A stretch of 64,000 nucleotides of DNA from Candidatus Obscuribacteraceae bacterium (GTDB lineage: Bacteria > Cyanobacteriota > Vampirovibrionia > Obscuribacterales > Obscuribacteraceae), in contig JBGASG010000007.1 of the NCBI GenBank assembly GCA_044229845.1, positions 32,001-96,000 on the forward strand. Direction: 5' to 3'. Positions 39,247 through 48,729 of this stretch are shown in pieces (the stretch's first letter is position 1; the number at the start of each line of letters is the position of its first letter). The position numbers were made by a program, and so were the translations under genes. The notes under the pieces were generated by a model. The model was given only the letters and a program-made list of their open reading frames with translations. It was not told the DNA's origin and made no database searches.

Positions 39247-40065
39247 CTAATGGGGTGGTTTATCTGACGGTTTGTCCACTGAAGTCTGCCTGGCGGGCGA
39301 TTGGACCGCTATGGACGCGCCGGCTATGACTACACCGGGCGTTCGCAGTCCCTCGGCGCGCATGAGAGGAATGCAACGCCATGCGCGCTCACATTCCTCG
39401 AACGTGGCAGCGGGGCTCTTGACGGCAGCCAGTCCCTCACGGCGCAATTTCAGGAGATAACCATGGTCATCTTTCTTGAGCAGAGGCGTGCAGCCCTGGA
39501 CGTGATTATTTTCGATGTTGAAAGCAACCAGGTCGATGCCCTGGATCGCGCTGCGGGACTGTAGTTCTTGCTGGAGCCGTAACAGGAAGTCGTCGTTGAG
39601 CGGCTCAGAAAGGGCGACCACGCCGCTGGCATCGGCAAAATTTTGCATGTTGCCCAGGCAGAGCAATTTGTTTTGGGTAGGCGTCAATGCGCCCGAATAA
39701 TGTCCGTATCGACTGTCGGCCAAGACGTGCGCCAGCTCGGGAACCTGCTCGACCACCGAATATCCGTAGTGATCAGGCGCTTCGCTGGAATAGAACACCT
39801 TGCCGTCTTTGCCGATGACGGTCACCCAGCCCTCGACTCCATTTTTGGAGAGAAAACCGCTGACAGCCTTAGCCAGCGCGGGGCGATCTTTGTTGTTCCA
39901 GGCCTTTGTCACTGCCGGATCGGCTGCCAGCCGGGCTCGCGTTGACGCCTCGGTGCGTGCCTGTTCGTGCGCTTGATACTGTTGCAGGGTGCCGTAACCG
40001 CACCAAGCCACTGCGCCGATTGCACCAATGGAGAGGAGCGCAAGCAGAACTGATGAGGGTTTCAC
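39247..40065 (-). CDS. Stand-alone paralog of the neighbouring kinase's extracytoplasmic sensor domain
   Basis: Shares RLAAD..AW, KDGKVFYSS, GYSV..QVPEL..VLAD..GHYSGAL.PT and RTPGVV with 36803..39145; single N-terminal TM. Confidence 0.8.
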   Translation of the reverse strand: MKPSSVLLALLSIGAIGAVAWCGYGTLQQYQAHEQARTEASTRARLAADPAVTKAWNNKDRPALAKAVSGFLSKNGVEGWVTVIGKDGKVFYSSEAPDHYGYSVVEQVPELAHVLADSRYGHYSGALTPTQNKLLCLGNMQNFADASGVVALSEPLNDDFLLRLQQELQSRSAIQGIDLVAFNIENNHVQGCTPLLKKDDHGYLLKLRREGLAAVKSPAATFEECERAWRCIPLMRAEGLRTPGVVIAGASIAVQSPARQTSVDKPSDKPPH

Positions 40066-40069
40066 CCGC

Positions 40070-40327
40070 CTACGGCTGGTTGACGGAGGCCTTGCGGTAT
40101 TCGACCTGCACCTGAATGGCGCGAATCAGCTGGTTTGGTCCGCAATAGCCCAGCTCCAGCAGAATCTGTCCCAGCGGCTTGTGGTCTTTACCGGACTCGG
40201 AATCGGTTTTTTGAATGTGCAGGGCTTCGTCGAGCTGATAGATGGTGATGTAACCCAATTCCACCAGAATTTGTCCAAGCAAAGTGTTCTGGTCTTGCTG
40301 CTCGGATTGATTGTCGTGCTTTTTCAT
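40070..40327 (-). CDS. Stand-alone MshEN-like protein (85 aa)
   Basis: Tandem 24-aa motifs LLGQILVELGYITIYQLDEALHIQ and PLGQILLELGYCGPNQLIRAIQVQ. Confidence 0.75.
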   Translation of the reverse strand: MKKHDNQSEQQDQNTLLGQILVELGYITIYQLDEALHIQKTDSESGKDHKPLGQILLELGYCGPNQLIRAIQVQVEYRKASVNQP

Positions 40328-40354
40328 TAGTGCAAATGCCCTGAAATAGAAAGG

Positions 40355-40446
40355 ACAGACCGTGGACACACCCGAAGGCGTTTTCTTATGGCTGCTGGGT
40401 TTCCCCCCTGACCAGATTCGAAGGCCCTCGCCGTGCCACGATCTGT
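40355..40446 (-). ncRNA. ffs: Small SRP RNA (4.5S RNA)
   Basis: Minus strand reads ...GGTCAGG-GGG-GAAA-CCC-AGCAGCC..., the helix 8/domain IV signature with a GNRA loop. Ends ACAGATCGTGG and CCACGGTCTGT pair. TATAAT lies just upstream. Confidence 0.85.
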
Positions 40447-40454
40447 TTAACGGA

Positions 40455-40460
40455 ATTATA
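40455..40460 (-). promoter_or_regulatory. -10 element of the SRP RNA promoter
   Basis: Perfect TATAAT on the minus strand, 8 nt before the start of the terminal helix. Confidence 0.6.
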
Positions 40461-40690
40461 GCGGATAGGGAAGTTTCCAAGGAAAGTAAAGAGCTGGTCG
40501 GCGAGCGGTGCCGCTGAAAAACTTAACAGCTGCCACCGAGAATCGGCGCCGAACGCGTCGTCAAGTTGTTTCTTGGATTTTCGACTAAATCGGGCACCGC
40601 AGGCGGTGACGCGCCAAATATTGAGATTTGCCAATGTCAAGTGCGTGCATTGTCCGCTGTGTGTAACCATTGCACTTGAGGAGCGTCGAG

Positions 40691-43048
40691 ATGGACACGC
40701 CTGCGCCCAATTTTTCCGGTTCTGCCGGAGAAACCGCATCCGCGCCAGATGGGGAAAAAGACCCGATCTGCGGGATGACCGTGCAAAAAGATGCGGCGGC
40801 GGCGGTGGAGGCGTTTCAGGGACGAAACTACTACTTCTGTTCGACGCATTGCGCGGCAAAATTTAAGTCGGATCCAGACACCTATGTCTTGGGCGGAAAC
40901 GGCGCATCTGCTCCGCCTGCCGCCGTGTCCGGCGGCAAGTCTAAATCCGGCTACACGTGTCCGATGCATCCGCAGGTTCTGGCAGACACACCCGGTGATT
41001 GCCCGATTTGTGGCATGCCTCTGGAGCCGCTCTTGCCCGGTGCGCATGATGAAAACGCCGTCGACGAACTGGCTGACGTCCGCCGCCGGCTGCTGCTCTC
41101 GACTGCTTTCACGGTGCCGCTCGCCGGTCTGGCCATGGCCCAGATGTTTAAACTGCTTCCTGGCGGTGATACCGCAGGTGGTGGCACGGGGTTGGCGCTT
41201 TGCTGGCTGCAATTTGTTTTGGCGACGCCCGTGGTGATCTGGCTGGGACGGCCGATTCTGTCCAAAGGTGTCTCCTCGCTGCAGCATGGACTCAATATGT
41301 TTACGCTCCTTTCGTTGGGAACTGCAATTCCCTATCTCTCCAGTGCCGTTTCGTTAATGGGACTGACGCTCAATCCGGCTGGATCTTCCGCGATGCGCAT
41401 GATGTTTTTCGAGTCGTCGGCGGTGATTGCCACGCTGGCCTGGCTGGGGCAGTTTCTCGAGGCGCGCGCGCGGCAAAGCAGCACCAGCGCCGTCAAAGAT
41501 CTGGTGGCACTGGCACCGCTGGAAGCGACGGTGATCACGCGCAACGGTCAGGAGTTGGGCGTCAAGATTGCCGAGATCAAGCCGCACGATCGCGTGCGTG
41601 TCAGACCTGGCGAACGCTTTCCAGTGGATGGCATAGTCAGTGAAGGTGTCAGCAGTGTCGACGAGAGCATGCTGACCGGCGAACCGCTGGCGGTGGAGAA
41701 ACAACCTGGAGCTCGCGCCTACGCCGGCACGCTGAACGGCAACGGCAGCTTGATCGTAGAGGCGGAACAGGTTGGAGGCGATACGATGTTGTCGCAGATT
41801 GCCGATCTGGTCAGTCAGGCTCAGCGCAGTCGCGTGCCGGTACAGCAGATGGTGGACCGCATTGCCGCGGTGTTCGTGCCCGCTGTGCTCCTGGTGGCAG
41901 GCGTCACGTGCCTGGTCTGGTTGTTTTCCGGCGCCGGCTGGGCGCATGCATTGACGACGGCGACGGCCGTGCTGGTAGTGGCCTGCCCCTGTGCGCTCGG
42001 ACTGGCCGCGCCCATGTCGATTGTGGTGGCAGCGGGACGAGCCGCTCAAGCGGGTGTGCTCTTCAAAGAAGCGCGCAGCCTGCAGATGCTTGGTGAAATC
42101 AATACGTTGATAGTTGATAAAACCGGCACACTAACGATCGGTAAACCGACGGTGCAGCAAATACACACTGAGCCCGGTGTACGTGCCGATGATCTCTTAG
42201 CGATTGCGGCAGCGGTGGAGGCATTGAGCGAGCATCCGCTGGCCCGGGCAATTGTGGCGGCGGCTCTTGAACGCGGACTGACGATTGCCGCCTGCACGGA
42301 TTTCGTCAGTCAGCCCGGCGGCGGGGCTCGCGGGGTGGTCGCCGGCGCGGCTGTGCTGGTCGGGTCCATGACATTTTTGGAGCAGCAAAGTGAGAAACCT
42401 GCACCGGTCAGTGGTACCACCGGTGGTGTAAGTGCCGGCACGCTGGTCGGCGTGGTGCGCGGCGGCAGTTTTCTCGGTGCGATCGAACTCTTCGATGCGC
42501 TGCGATCGACATCCAGTGAAGCTGTCGCGGCCCTGAAAAAGCGCGGCATCAAAGTGGTGATTGCCAGCGGAGATGCCCCGGAAGCTGTCGAATCAATTGC
42601 CCGAGCGGTTTCAGCCGATGATTGTTTCGCCAGACAGTTGCCTGGCGACAAAGCGGCGCTCGTCAAGTCGGCGCAGGCGAACGGTGCCAAAGTCGCTATG
42701 GCCGGTGACGGTATCAACGATGCTCCGGCTTTAGCACAAGCGGATGTCGGCATTGCCATGTCCGCCGGCACCGACATCGCGGTGCATGCAGCAGACCTGG
42801 TGCTCATGCAAAACGACATCGCCGGTATTTTGAAGGCCCTGAAAATCAGCCAGGCGATGATGGGAAACATCAGGCAAAACCTGATTCTGGCATTTGCGTA
42901 TAACGTCTTTGCCGTGCCGGCCGCGGCCGGTGTGTTTGTGCCAATGGGCGGAGCGTTGTTGGACCCGATGACTGCCGCGCTTGCCATGTCGTTCAGTTCG
43001 GTGGCGGTGATTTTGAACGCTCTGCGTTTGCGCAGCCTTAAGTTGTAA
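40691..43048 (+). CDS. copA: Copper-translocating P1B-type ATPase with YHS and CPMH metal-binding domains
   Basis: DPICGM..YYFCS..C (YHS), CPMHP..CPICGM, TGE, CPC, DKTGT, HP, GDGIND, plus the YN and MxxSS Cu(+) signatures. Confidence 0.9.
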   Translation: MDTPAPNFSGSAGETASAPDGEKDPICGMTVQKDAAAAVEAFQGRNYYFCSTHCAAKFKSDPDTYVLGGNGASAPPAAVSGGKSKSGYTCPMHPQVLADTPGDCPICGMPLEPLLPGAHDENAVDELADVRRRLLLSTAFTVPLAGLAMAQMFKLLPGGDTAGGGTGLALCWLQFVLATPVVIWLGRPILSKGVSSLQHGLNMFTLLSLGTAIPYLSSAVSLMGLTLNPAGSSAMRMMFFESSAVIATLAWLGQFLEARARQSSTSAVKDLVALAPLEATVITRNGQELGVKIAEIKPHDRVRVRPGERFPVDGIVSEGVSSVDESMLTGEPLAVEKQPGARAYAGTLNGNGSLIVEAEQVGGDTMLSQIADLVSQAQRSRVPVQQMVDRIAAVFVPAVLLVAGVTCLVWLFSGAGWAHALTTATAVLVVACPCALGLAAPMSIVVAAGRAAQAGVLFKEARSLQMLGEINTLIVDKTGTLTIGKPTVQQIHTEPGVRADDLLAIAAAVEALSEHPLARAIVAAALERGLTIAACTDFVSQPGGGARGVVAGAAVLVGSMTFLEQQSEKPAPVSGTTGGVSAGTLVGVVRGGSFLGAIELFDALRSTSSEAVAALKKRGIKVVIASGDAPEAVESIARAVSADDCFARQLPGDKAALVKSAQANGAKVAMAGDGINDAPALAQADVGIAMSAGTDIAVHAADLVLMQNDIAGILKALKISQAMMGNIRQNLILAFAYNVFAVPAAAGVFVPMGGALLDPMTAALAMSFSSVAVILNALRLRSLKL

Positions 43049-43095
43049 GAGCTGCGACTGCGTTATAATCTGTCGCTCTTCTGGAGGGACAAGCA

Positions 43096-44139
43096 ATGGC
43101 AGTAGCGCAGGAACTGTGCAAAGTGGCACCGCCGATCAAGGTCTTTGGCGTTCTGCAAACGCAGTGGGCGCAGCAGATACTCAAGACCAGTGTGGAACTT
43201 GATCTGTTCAGTCAGCTGGCGAAAGAGCCCCTCACAGCTGCTCAACTGGCAGCGAAGATCGGCTGCGATGTGCGCGCCACACAACTGCTGGCCGACTCGC
43301 TGGCGGCGCTCGGCTTCCTCATCTGCGAAGGCAAATCAAATGCCGACGGCAAGTACAAACTGACTGAGGACTCTCGTCATTATCTCGTCAAGGACAGTGA
43401 TTACTTTTTCGGTGACTATGTGCTTGCTCGCGATCAGGTTGCCGATGCATGGAAACAACTGACTGCCGTGATCAAGTCGGGTAAGTCAATTAAGGAAGTG
43501 AATACGGACAAGGGTGCTGAAGAGTTTTTTCCAAAGCTGGCGGCGGCGATCTTTCCGATCAACTTCTCGACCGCTCAAATGCTCGCAGAGCTTTTGAAAG
43601 TCAAAGAACTGCAGGCCGGCGCCCGTGTGCTGGATCTGGCATCAGGCAGCGCTGTCTGGAGCATTCCGCTGGCGGCAGCGAACAAAAATTTGCAGGTGGA
43701 CAGTCTAGACTTTCCGCCAGTTTTGAAGATGCAGAAACACTTCACCGGCAAACACGGCGTTGCGTCTCAATATAAGGATCTGGAAGGAAGCTGGCGTGAT
43801 GTGAAGCTCGATGCCGATTCGTACGATCTGATTATTCTTGGGCACATCTTGCATTCGGAAGGGCAGAAGGCGAGCGAGGAGCTGATCAAGGCATGCTTTG
43901 CCGCGTTGAAGAAGGGCGGCCGACTGGTGATTGCCGAGTATATGAAACATGGGGAGAAGCCCGGTCCGGAATTCGCGTCAATGTTCGCGGTCAACATGTT
44001 GCTGATGACCACGGAAGGTTGCGTCTTCTCATTCGAGCAACTGGCAGACATGACGAAGCGCGTCGGCTTCCAATCCGTGGAACGTCCGCTGCTGCCCCAC
44101 TGGGATGAGCTGTCACCAATAGTGGTGGCACATAAGTAA
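43096..44139 (+). CDS. SAM-dependent O-methyltransferase (dimerisation domain plus Methyltransf_2)
   Basis: N-terminal winged helix, VLDLASGSA, ILH and GGRLVIAE; TATAAT at 43064-43069 and GGAGG SD. Confidence 0.88.
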   Translation: MAVAQELCKVAPPIKVFGVLQTQWAQQILKTSVELDLFSQLAKEPLTAAQLAAKIGCDVRATQLLADSLAALGFLICEGKSNADGKYKLTEDSRHYLVKDSDYFFGDYVLARDQVADAWKQLTAVIKSGKSIKEVNTDKGAEEFFPKLAAAIFPINFSTAQMLAELLKVKELQAGARVLDLASGSAVWSIPLAAANKNLQVDSLDFPPVLKMQKHFTGKHGVASQYKDLEGSWRDVKLDADSYDLIILGHILHSEGQKASEELIKACFAALKKGGRLVIAEYMKHGEKPGPEFASMFAVNMLLMTTEGCVFSFEQLADMTKRVGFQSVERPLLPHWDELSPIVVAHK

Positions 44140-44341
44140 GCCGCCGCGCGTTCCAGTCTGACGGGCTTTCGGTGACTCATGTCACTGCGATCCTGAGCAG
44201 GCAATGACCTAGGTCATGAAAATCGCCGGGTGCCGGGTTTTTAACCATTGGTGTGCCTATTTATAGTTGGGCGGCTGTATGGTAAAAACAGGTTCCAGAG
44301 CTTCGAAAGCTATCAGAGCAGTCAGAGCTATCAGTGAGATT

Positions 44342-46264
44342 ATGACGATGCGAAAAACTGTCGCGCTTTTGCTTTTGGCGTCATTTCCCTGGCTTCCCAC
44401 ATTCGGTCTAGATAACTCCAGCGCGCCAGCCGTTACTGCGCCGAGCGGTGCTTCGGCGCCGGTGAACGCAGCGCCCGCCCAGGCGCCAAGCGGCGCCGTC
44501 CCGACGGCGGCCGAGATCAATCGCCCGATTCGAGATAAATGGGCTCTGGTCGTGGGCGTCAGCAAGTTTCAGAACAATACCGTGCCGACGCTGCGCTATG
44601 CCGCCAAGGATGCGCGCGACTTTCGCAATTTTCTGGTTAACGAGGCAAATTTTGCACCCGATCATGTGCGGCTCTTGTTGGATGAAGATGCAACGCAGCG
44701 ACGCGTGGTATCTGAACTGGGTAGCAAGTTTTTGGCTCGGGTAGCCAAACCGGATGATGTGGTGGTGTTGTTTTTCTCGACTCACGGATCTCCGTCGCAA
44801 CTCGATCTGAAAGGCAAGAATTTTTTGCTTTCGACTGATTCTGATCCGGAAGATTTGTTTGCCACCGGCATCAAGATGGATGATCTGATGCTTTATGCCA
44901 AGCAACGCATCACCTGCGACCGTATTTTTGTAGTCCTCGATGCCTGTCATGCCAGCGGCATTGCACCGGGCGAGAAGGGCGTCGGGCGCGTTCCGGTAAT
45001 CGACCCGGAAGAACTGGCACAGGGCTCCGGCAAACTGATTATCTGCTCAAGCAGCCCGGAGGAAAGCTCCTGGGAATCAAAGCGCTACCAGAACGGCATC
45101 TTCACCCGCAAACTGCTCGAAGGACTGCGCGCCAGCGGCAAGCGCACCACGCTCGGGGAGGCGTTCGAGTTTGTCGAGAAATCTGTGGCTGCCGAAGTTC
45201 AGGAAGATTATGCGGCCAAGCAGACTCCTGTCAAAAGAAGTATGTGGAACGGCAATGACCTGGTTCTGGCGGTGCCCGCTGCCGCACCACAGGCGGTGCC
45301 CGTGTCGGTGACCAGCGGGTTGTTGCCCGACAGCACGATGCCTAAAATTCCGCCCAAGCCTGGTGGTAAGCCGATTGCCGGCAGTCCCGGCGATGTGTTG
45401 ATGAGGAAGGGCGAAGCCGAACTGGCAAAGAATCCGCCACACGCCATCGAGCTTCTGAAGAAATCGCTGACTATGGCCGGCACGGATCTGGCGCGAGCAA
45501 ACTACAGCCTGGGAAGAGCCTATGCTGCGTGCTCGATGAATAAAGAAGCGATGGCTGCCTATCGGGCCAGTATCGCGGCCGATCGTTCATCTCCGTCGGC
45601 CGTGCTGGCAACCCAGGCGCTGAATGGTGGTGGGACTTCCACGCGCATCAGTGCCACCAGCACCGGCTCGAGAACCGGCGGTTATGCGGCAACCGCGCCG
45701 GTGACGTATCAGAACTACTCGAACACGACCATGTGGCGTGAAGGAGCCAACAATCAAAATCGCAACTTTACCGCGCCTGGCGGAGTGTCGTCCGGCGGTA
45801 GCATACCAACCTCGGTCATAGACCAGATCGGCAAGATTTCTCCGGTGGCAGACATCAATCCCCCGGCCGGACGTTTGGCGGCCAGTCTGGATACACTCGA
45901 AGAAGGTGATTGCGCGGCGCGCATCGTTTATGCTGAAAAGCAGTACAACTATGCAGAGTCCTGCCTGAGAAGGGCAAAGACTTATTTGCAGCCGTATTTC
46001 GGCAGCATGCCGGAACAATGCCGGGCGTTGGCCCAGCCGTTTGAGACCTACAAAGACCACTGGCAGTGCATCCTGAATGAGGAGCAGAAACTACAGGACA
46101 AACTGGTGCAGCATAATGCCGCCAAACGGGCGGGCACCTTTGGTGGTTATGGCGGCGGTTACGGCTACGGCGGCACTACCAATAATGGCACCAATTGCAA
46201 TACCAATCAGGGCGGCAACCAGTACAGCATTGGCGGCCAGGGGTACGGCTACAAGCACAAATAA
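44342..46264 (+). CDS. Exported caspase-family (peptidase C14) protein with TPR-like and Gly/Tyr/Asn-rich C-terminus
   Basis: KWALVVGVS, FSTHG (His), LDACHAS (Cys) and NGIFT; signal peptide. Start uncertain (44280-44348). Confidence 0.85.
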   Translation: MTMRKTVALLLLASFPWLPTFGLDNSSAPAVTAPSGASAPVNAAPAQAPSGAVPTAAEINRPIRDKWALVVGVSKFQNNTVPTLRYAAKDARDFRNFLVNEANFAPDHVRLLLDEDATQRRVVSELGSKFLARVAKPDDVVVLFFSTHGSPSQLDLKGKNFLLSTDSDPEDLFATGIKMDDLMLYAKQRITCDRIFVVLDACHASGIAPGEKGVGRVPVIDPEELAQGSGKLIICSSSPEESSWESKRYQNGIFTRKLLEGLRASGKRTTLGEAFEFVEKSVAAEVQEDYAAKQTPVKRSMWNGNDLVLAVPAAAPQAVPVSVTSGLLPDSTMPKIPPKPGGKPIAGSPGDVLMRKGEAELAKNPPHAIELLKKSLTMAGTDLARANYSLGRAYAACSMNKEAMAAYRASIAADRSSPSAVLATQALNGGGTSTRISATSTGSRTGGYAATAPVTYQNYSNTTMWREGANNQNRNFTAPGGVSSGGSIPTSVIDQIGKISPVADINPPAGRLAASLDTLEEGDCAARIVYAEKQYNYAESCLRRAKTYLQPYFGSMPEQCRALAQPFETYKDHWQCILNEEQKLQDKLVQHNAAKRAGTFGGYGGGYGYGGTTNNGTNCNTNQGGNQYSIGGQGYGYKHK

Positions 46265-46266
46265 GG

Positions 46267-46797
46267 TCAGCTGACTGCGACCTTAGAGAGAGCTCGCACT
46301 ACTTCGCGCATGAAGGCCGGCAGATCAGCGGGTGTGCGTGACGTGATCATGTTGTTGTCGACGACGACTTCTTGATCCGACCATTCGGCACCGGCATTGA
46401 CCAGATCGTCTTTGATGTTTTTGTAGGACGTCAACTTGCGCCCGCGCACCACATCAGCTGAAGCGAGCACCCAGCCCGCGTGACAGATGGCGGCGACAAC
46501 GGCGCCTTCTTTGACGGCTTTGCGGACGATATCGAGGGCGGCTTTATTGGCGCGAATCTTGTCCGGTGCCCAGCCGCCCGGAACCACGACGCAATCCCAC
46601 TTCTCATTCACGAAGTCTTCGCACTGGCCGTCGACTTCGATCGGGCATCCATACTTGCCTTCGTATTTCTTTTCGCCGATGCCCGCGACTTTGACGGTGG
46701 CTCCCGCTTCCTGCAAGCGAATCAGAGGATAGAAAAGTTCGCGGTCTTCAAATGCCGGACCGGCGAAAACCAGTGCTTTCTTGCCTTTCAGTTCCAT
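46267..46797 (-). CDS. PfpI/DJ-1 family protein
   Basis: FEDRE, VPGGWAPD, AICHAGW and SRTP.DL; SD spacing favours MELKGKK. Confidence 0.92.
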   Translation of the reverse strand: MELKGKKALVFAGPAFEDRELFYPLIRLQEAGATVKVAGIGEKKYEGKYGCPIEVDGQCEDFVNEKWDCVVVPGGWAPDKIRANKAALDIVRKAVKEGAVVAAICHAGWVLASADVVRGRKLTSYKNIKDDLVNAGAEWSDQEVVVDNNMITSRTPADLPAFMREVVRALSKVAVS

Positions 46798-46810
46798 GTC
46801 CATCCCCCTT

Positions 46811-47080
46811 CTATTTTGTTTCTTGCTTGAAGTAAGCGAGCGGAAAAACGATGATACCAGCAACGGTGCCCAGCACGATCAGGATAGTCTTGGTCTGCGC
46901 GCCGCCTGGTAGCGGCAACATCAAAGCCAGGCACAAGGCCAGTCCGGCAAAAGCAGCCAATCTGAAGCTCAAGTGAAACGGCGTCGGCGGAATTTTTTCG
47001 TCATCCGGAGCCGCTGCAGTATGTGTGCCGTCCGGACCATGATGGTGCGAGCAGTCACCGCTATGTTGATGTTCAGGCAT
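46811..47080 (-). CDS. Small two-TM membrane protein with a His/Cys-rich N-terminus
   Basis: MPEHQHSGDCSHHHG followed by two hydrophobic helices; fits the operon spacing. Confidence 0.65.
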   Translation of the reverse strand: MPEHQHSGDCSHHHGPDGTHTAAAPDDEKIPPTPFHLSFRLAAFAGLALCLALMLPLPGGAQTKTILIVLGTVAGIIVFPLAYFKQETK

Positions 47081-47084
47081 TTCG

Positions 47085-47552
47085 TTAGTCCTGGGCGCCA
47101 GCGGCGAAATCCGGTCCGCCATCGCTCATGTTCCAGCGCAAAAGCTCGCGGCGCCATTCCAGATCGGCTTGCGCTTCTTTGAGCAGACTGGCGAGTCCTT
47201 GATAGTCGGCGAAGGAAAGATCGATGGCGACGCCCAGTTCGAACGTCAATTTGACGCGCTCGTAATTGGGTGTGCAGGCCATGCAGACCATATGTTCTGG
47301 TCCGCAGATTTCGAAGATGCGATTTTCGTCGCACTGAATCGGGTCTTTCTGCCAGTTCAAGTATTCGACGAATTCTTCGTCTTCCAGGCTCTGCTGCACC
47401 AGAAGCACCAGCGCTTGATACTGCGTCTGGTTCATATAGATGGTGACTTCCTGACGCCTGAGATCCAGTGCGACTTCGCCGTTTTCCTTATCCAGGTACA
47501 GATCAGCAAATGCATTGGCAAAACTGATTTGATACGCCGTACTGGTTTTCAT
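47085..47552 (-). CDS. Acidic hypothetical protein
   Basis: Good SD (GAGG), fills the gap after hemB, no recognised motif. Confidence 0.7.
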   Translation of the reverse strand: MKTSTAYQISFANAFADLYLDKENGEVALDLRRQEVTIYMNQTQYQALVLLVQQSLEDEEFVEYLNWQKDPIQCDENRIFEICGPEHMVCMACTPNYERVKLTFELGVAIDLSFADYQGLASLLKEAQADLEWRRELLRWNMSDGGPDFAAGAQD

Positions 47553-47601
47553 TGAATTCCTCGCCTCAATATGTCGATCTCAACTGGTCGGGACTCCGAA
47601 A

Positions 47602-48633
47602 TCACGCTTGTCGCAGCCATTTTGCTGCGTCCTTGGCGTGATAAGTGATAATCAAATCGGCCCCTGCGCGCACAATGCCTGTGAGGGTCTCGAGCACAAC
47701 TCTCTTTTCGTCGACCCAACCATTGGCTGCGGCAGCCTTGACCATTGCATATTCTCCAGACACATTATATGCCGCAATCGGGGCGTTCAGGAGATCCTTG
47801 GCGCGGGCAATCACGTCCAGATAAGGAAGAGCCGGCTTGACCATGACCATGTCGGCGCCTTCTTCGAGGTCGGAGATCAGCTCGCGGAGAGCTTCGCGAC
47901 CATTGGCAGGGTCCATCTGATAGGTGGTGCGGTCGCCGAACTGCGGCGCCGACTGGGCGGCTTCGCGGAACGGTCCGTAGAAAGCCGAAGCAAATTTGGC
48001 GCTGTAAGCCATGATCGGCACATGGTCGAAGCCTGACATATCGAGAGCTTCTCTGATGGCGCCCACCCGCCCGTCCATCATGTCGGAGGGGGCGATGATG
48101 TCGGCCCCGGCGGCTGCCTGAGACACTGCCGACTTGGCCAGAATGGCGACGCTGGGATCGTTGAGAATCTTGCCTTCGGCAACAATGCCGCAGTGCCCGT
48201 GTTCCATGTACTCGCAGAGGCAGGTGTCGGCGACGACAACCAGCTCGGGAAAGCGTTTCTTCAGCTCGCGCGTGGCTTTCTGAATAATGCCGTTGTCTTC
48301 CCAGGCACCGGTCGCTTCTTTGTCTTTGTGTTCGGGAATGCCAAACAGGATGACCGATTTGAGACCCAGCCCGATGACTTCTTCCACCTCTTTGAGCATT
48401 ACATCAATGCTTTGCTGGTGGATACCAGGCATGGCGCCGATCGGCTTTTGGATGCCCTGGCCTTCCACAATGAAGAGTGGATAGATGAACTTGTCGGTGT
48501 TTAAGTGCGTCTCACGAACCATGGCTCGCAAGGCTGAAGAGGCGCGCAGGCGGCGCATCCGGTTGGACGGGCGAGCGAGTCCGGCAAACTCGCTGAGCGC
48601 GGAGTCTGAGGTCTTGGGCATTACAGGAGACAT
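47602..48633 (-). CDS. hemB: Porphobilinogen synthase (Zn-dependent type)
   Basis: RMRRLR, DTCLCEY..HGHCG, PSDMMDGR, FYGPFR, MVKPA and YNVSGEY. Start uncertain (48621-48717). Confidence 0.95.
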   Translation of the reverse strand: MSPVMPKTSDSALSEFAGLARPSNRMRRLRASSALRAMVRETHLNTDKFIYPLFIVEGQGIQKPIGAMPGIHQQSIDVMLKEVEEVIGLGLKSVILFGIPEHKDKEATGAWEDNGIIQKATRELKKRFPELVVVADTCLCEYMEHGHCGIVAEGKILNDPSVAILAKSAVSQAAAGADIIAPSDMMDGRVGAIREALDMSGFDHVPIMAYSAKFASAFYGPFREAAQSAPQFGDRTTYQMDPANGREALRELISDLEEGADMVMVKPALPYLDVIARAKDLLNAPIAAYNVSGEYAMVKAAAANGWVDEKRVVLETLTGIVRAGADLIITYHAKDAAKWLRQA

Positions 48634-48729
48634 TTGCAACTTTCCGGGTTCGGACTGGGACGACAAAATATCCATACTATATCTTTGAAAGCCGCTCAGA
48701 TCTTCGCTTGGCGGCAATCTGGAACATAT

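Noticed and set aside
40328..40480. N-terminal extension of ORF 40070..40480
   Set aside because: It overlaps the SRP RNA and its promoter; the MshEN-like protein starts at 40327.
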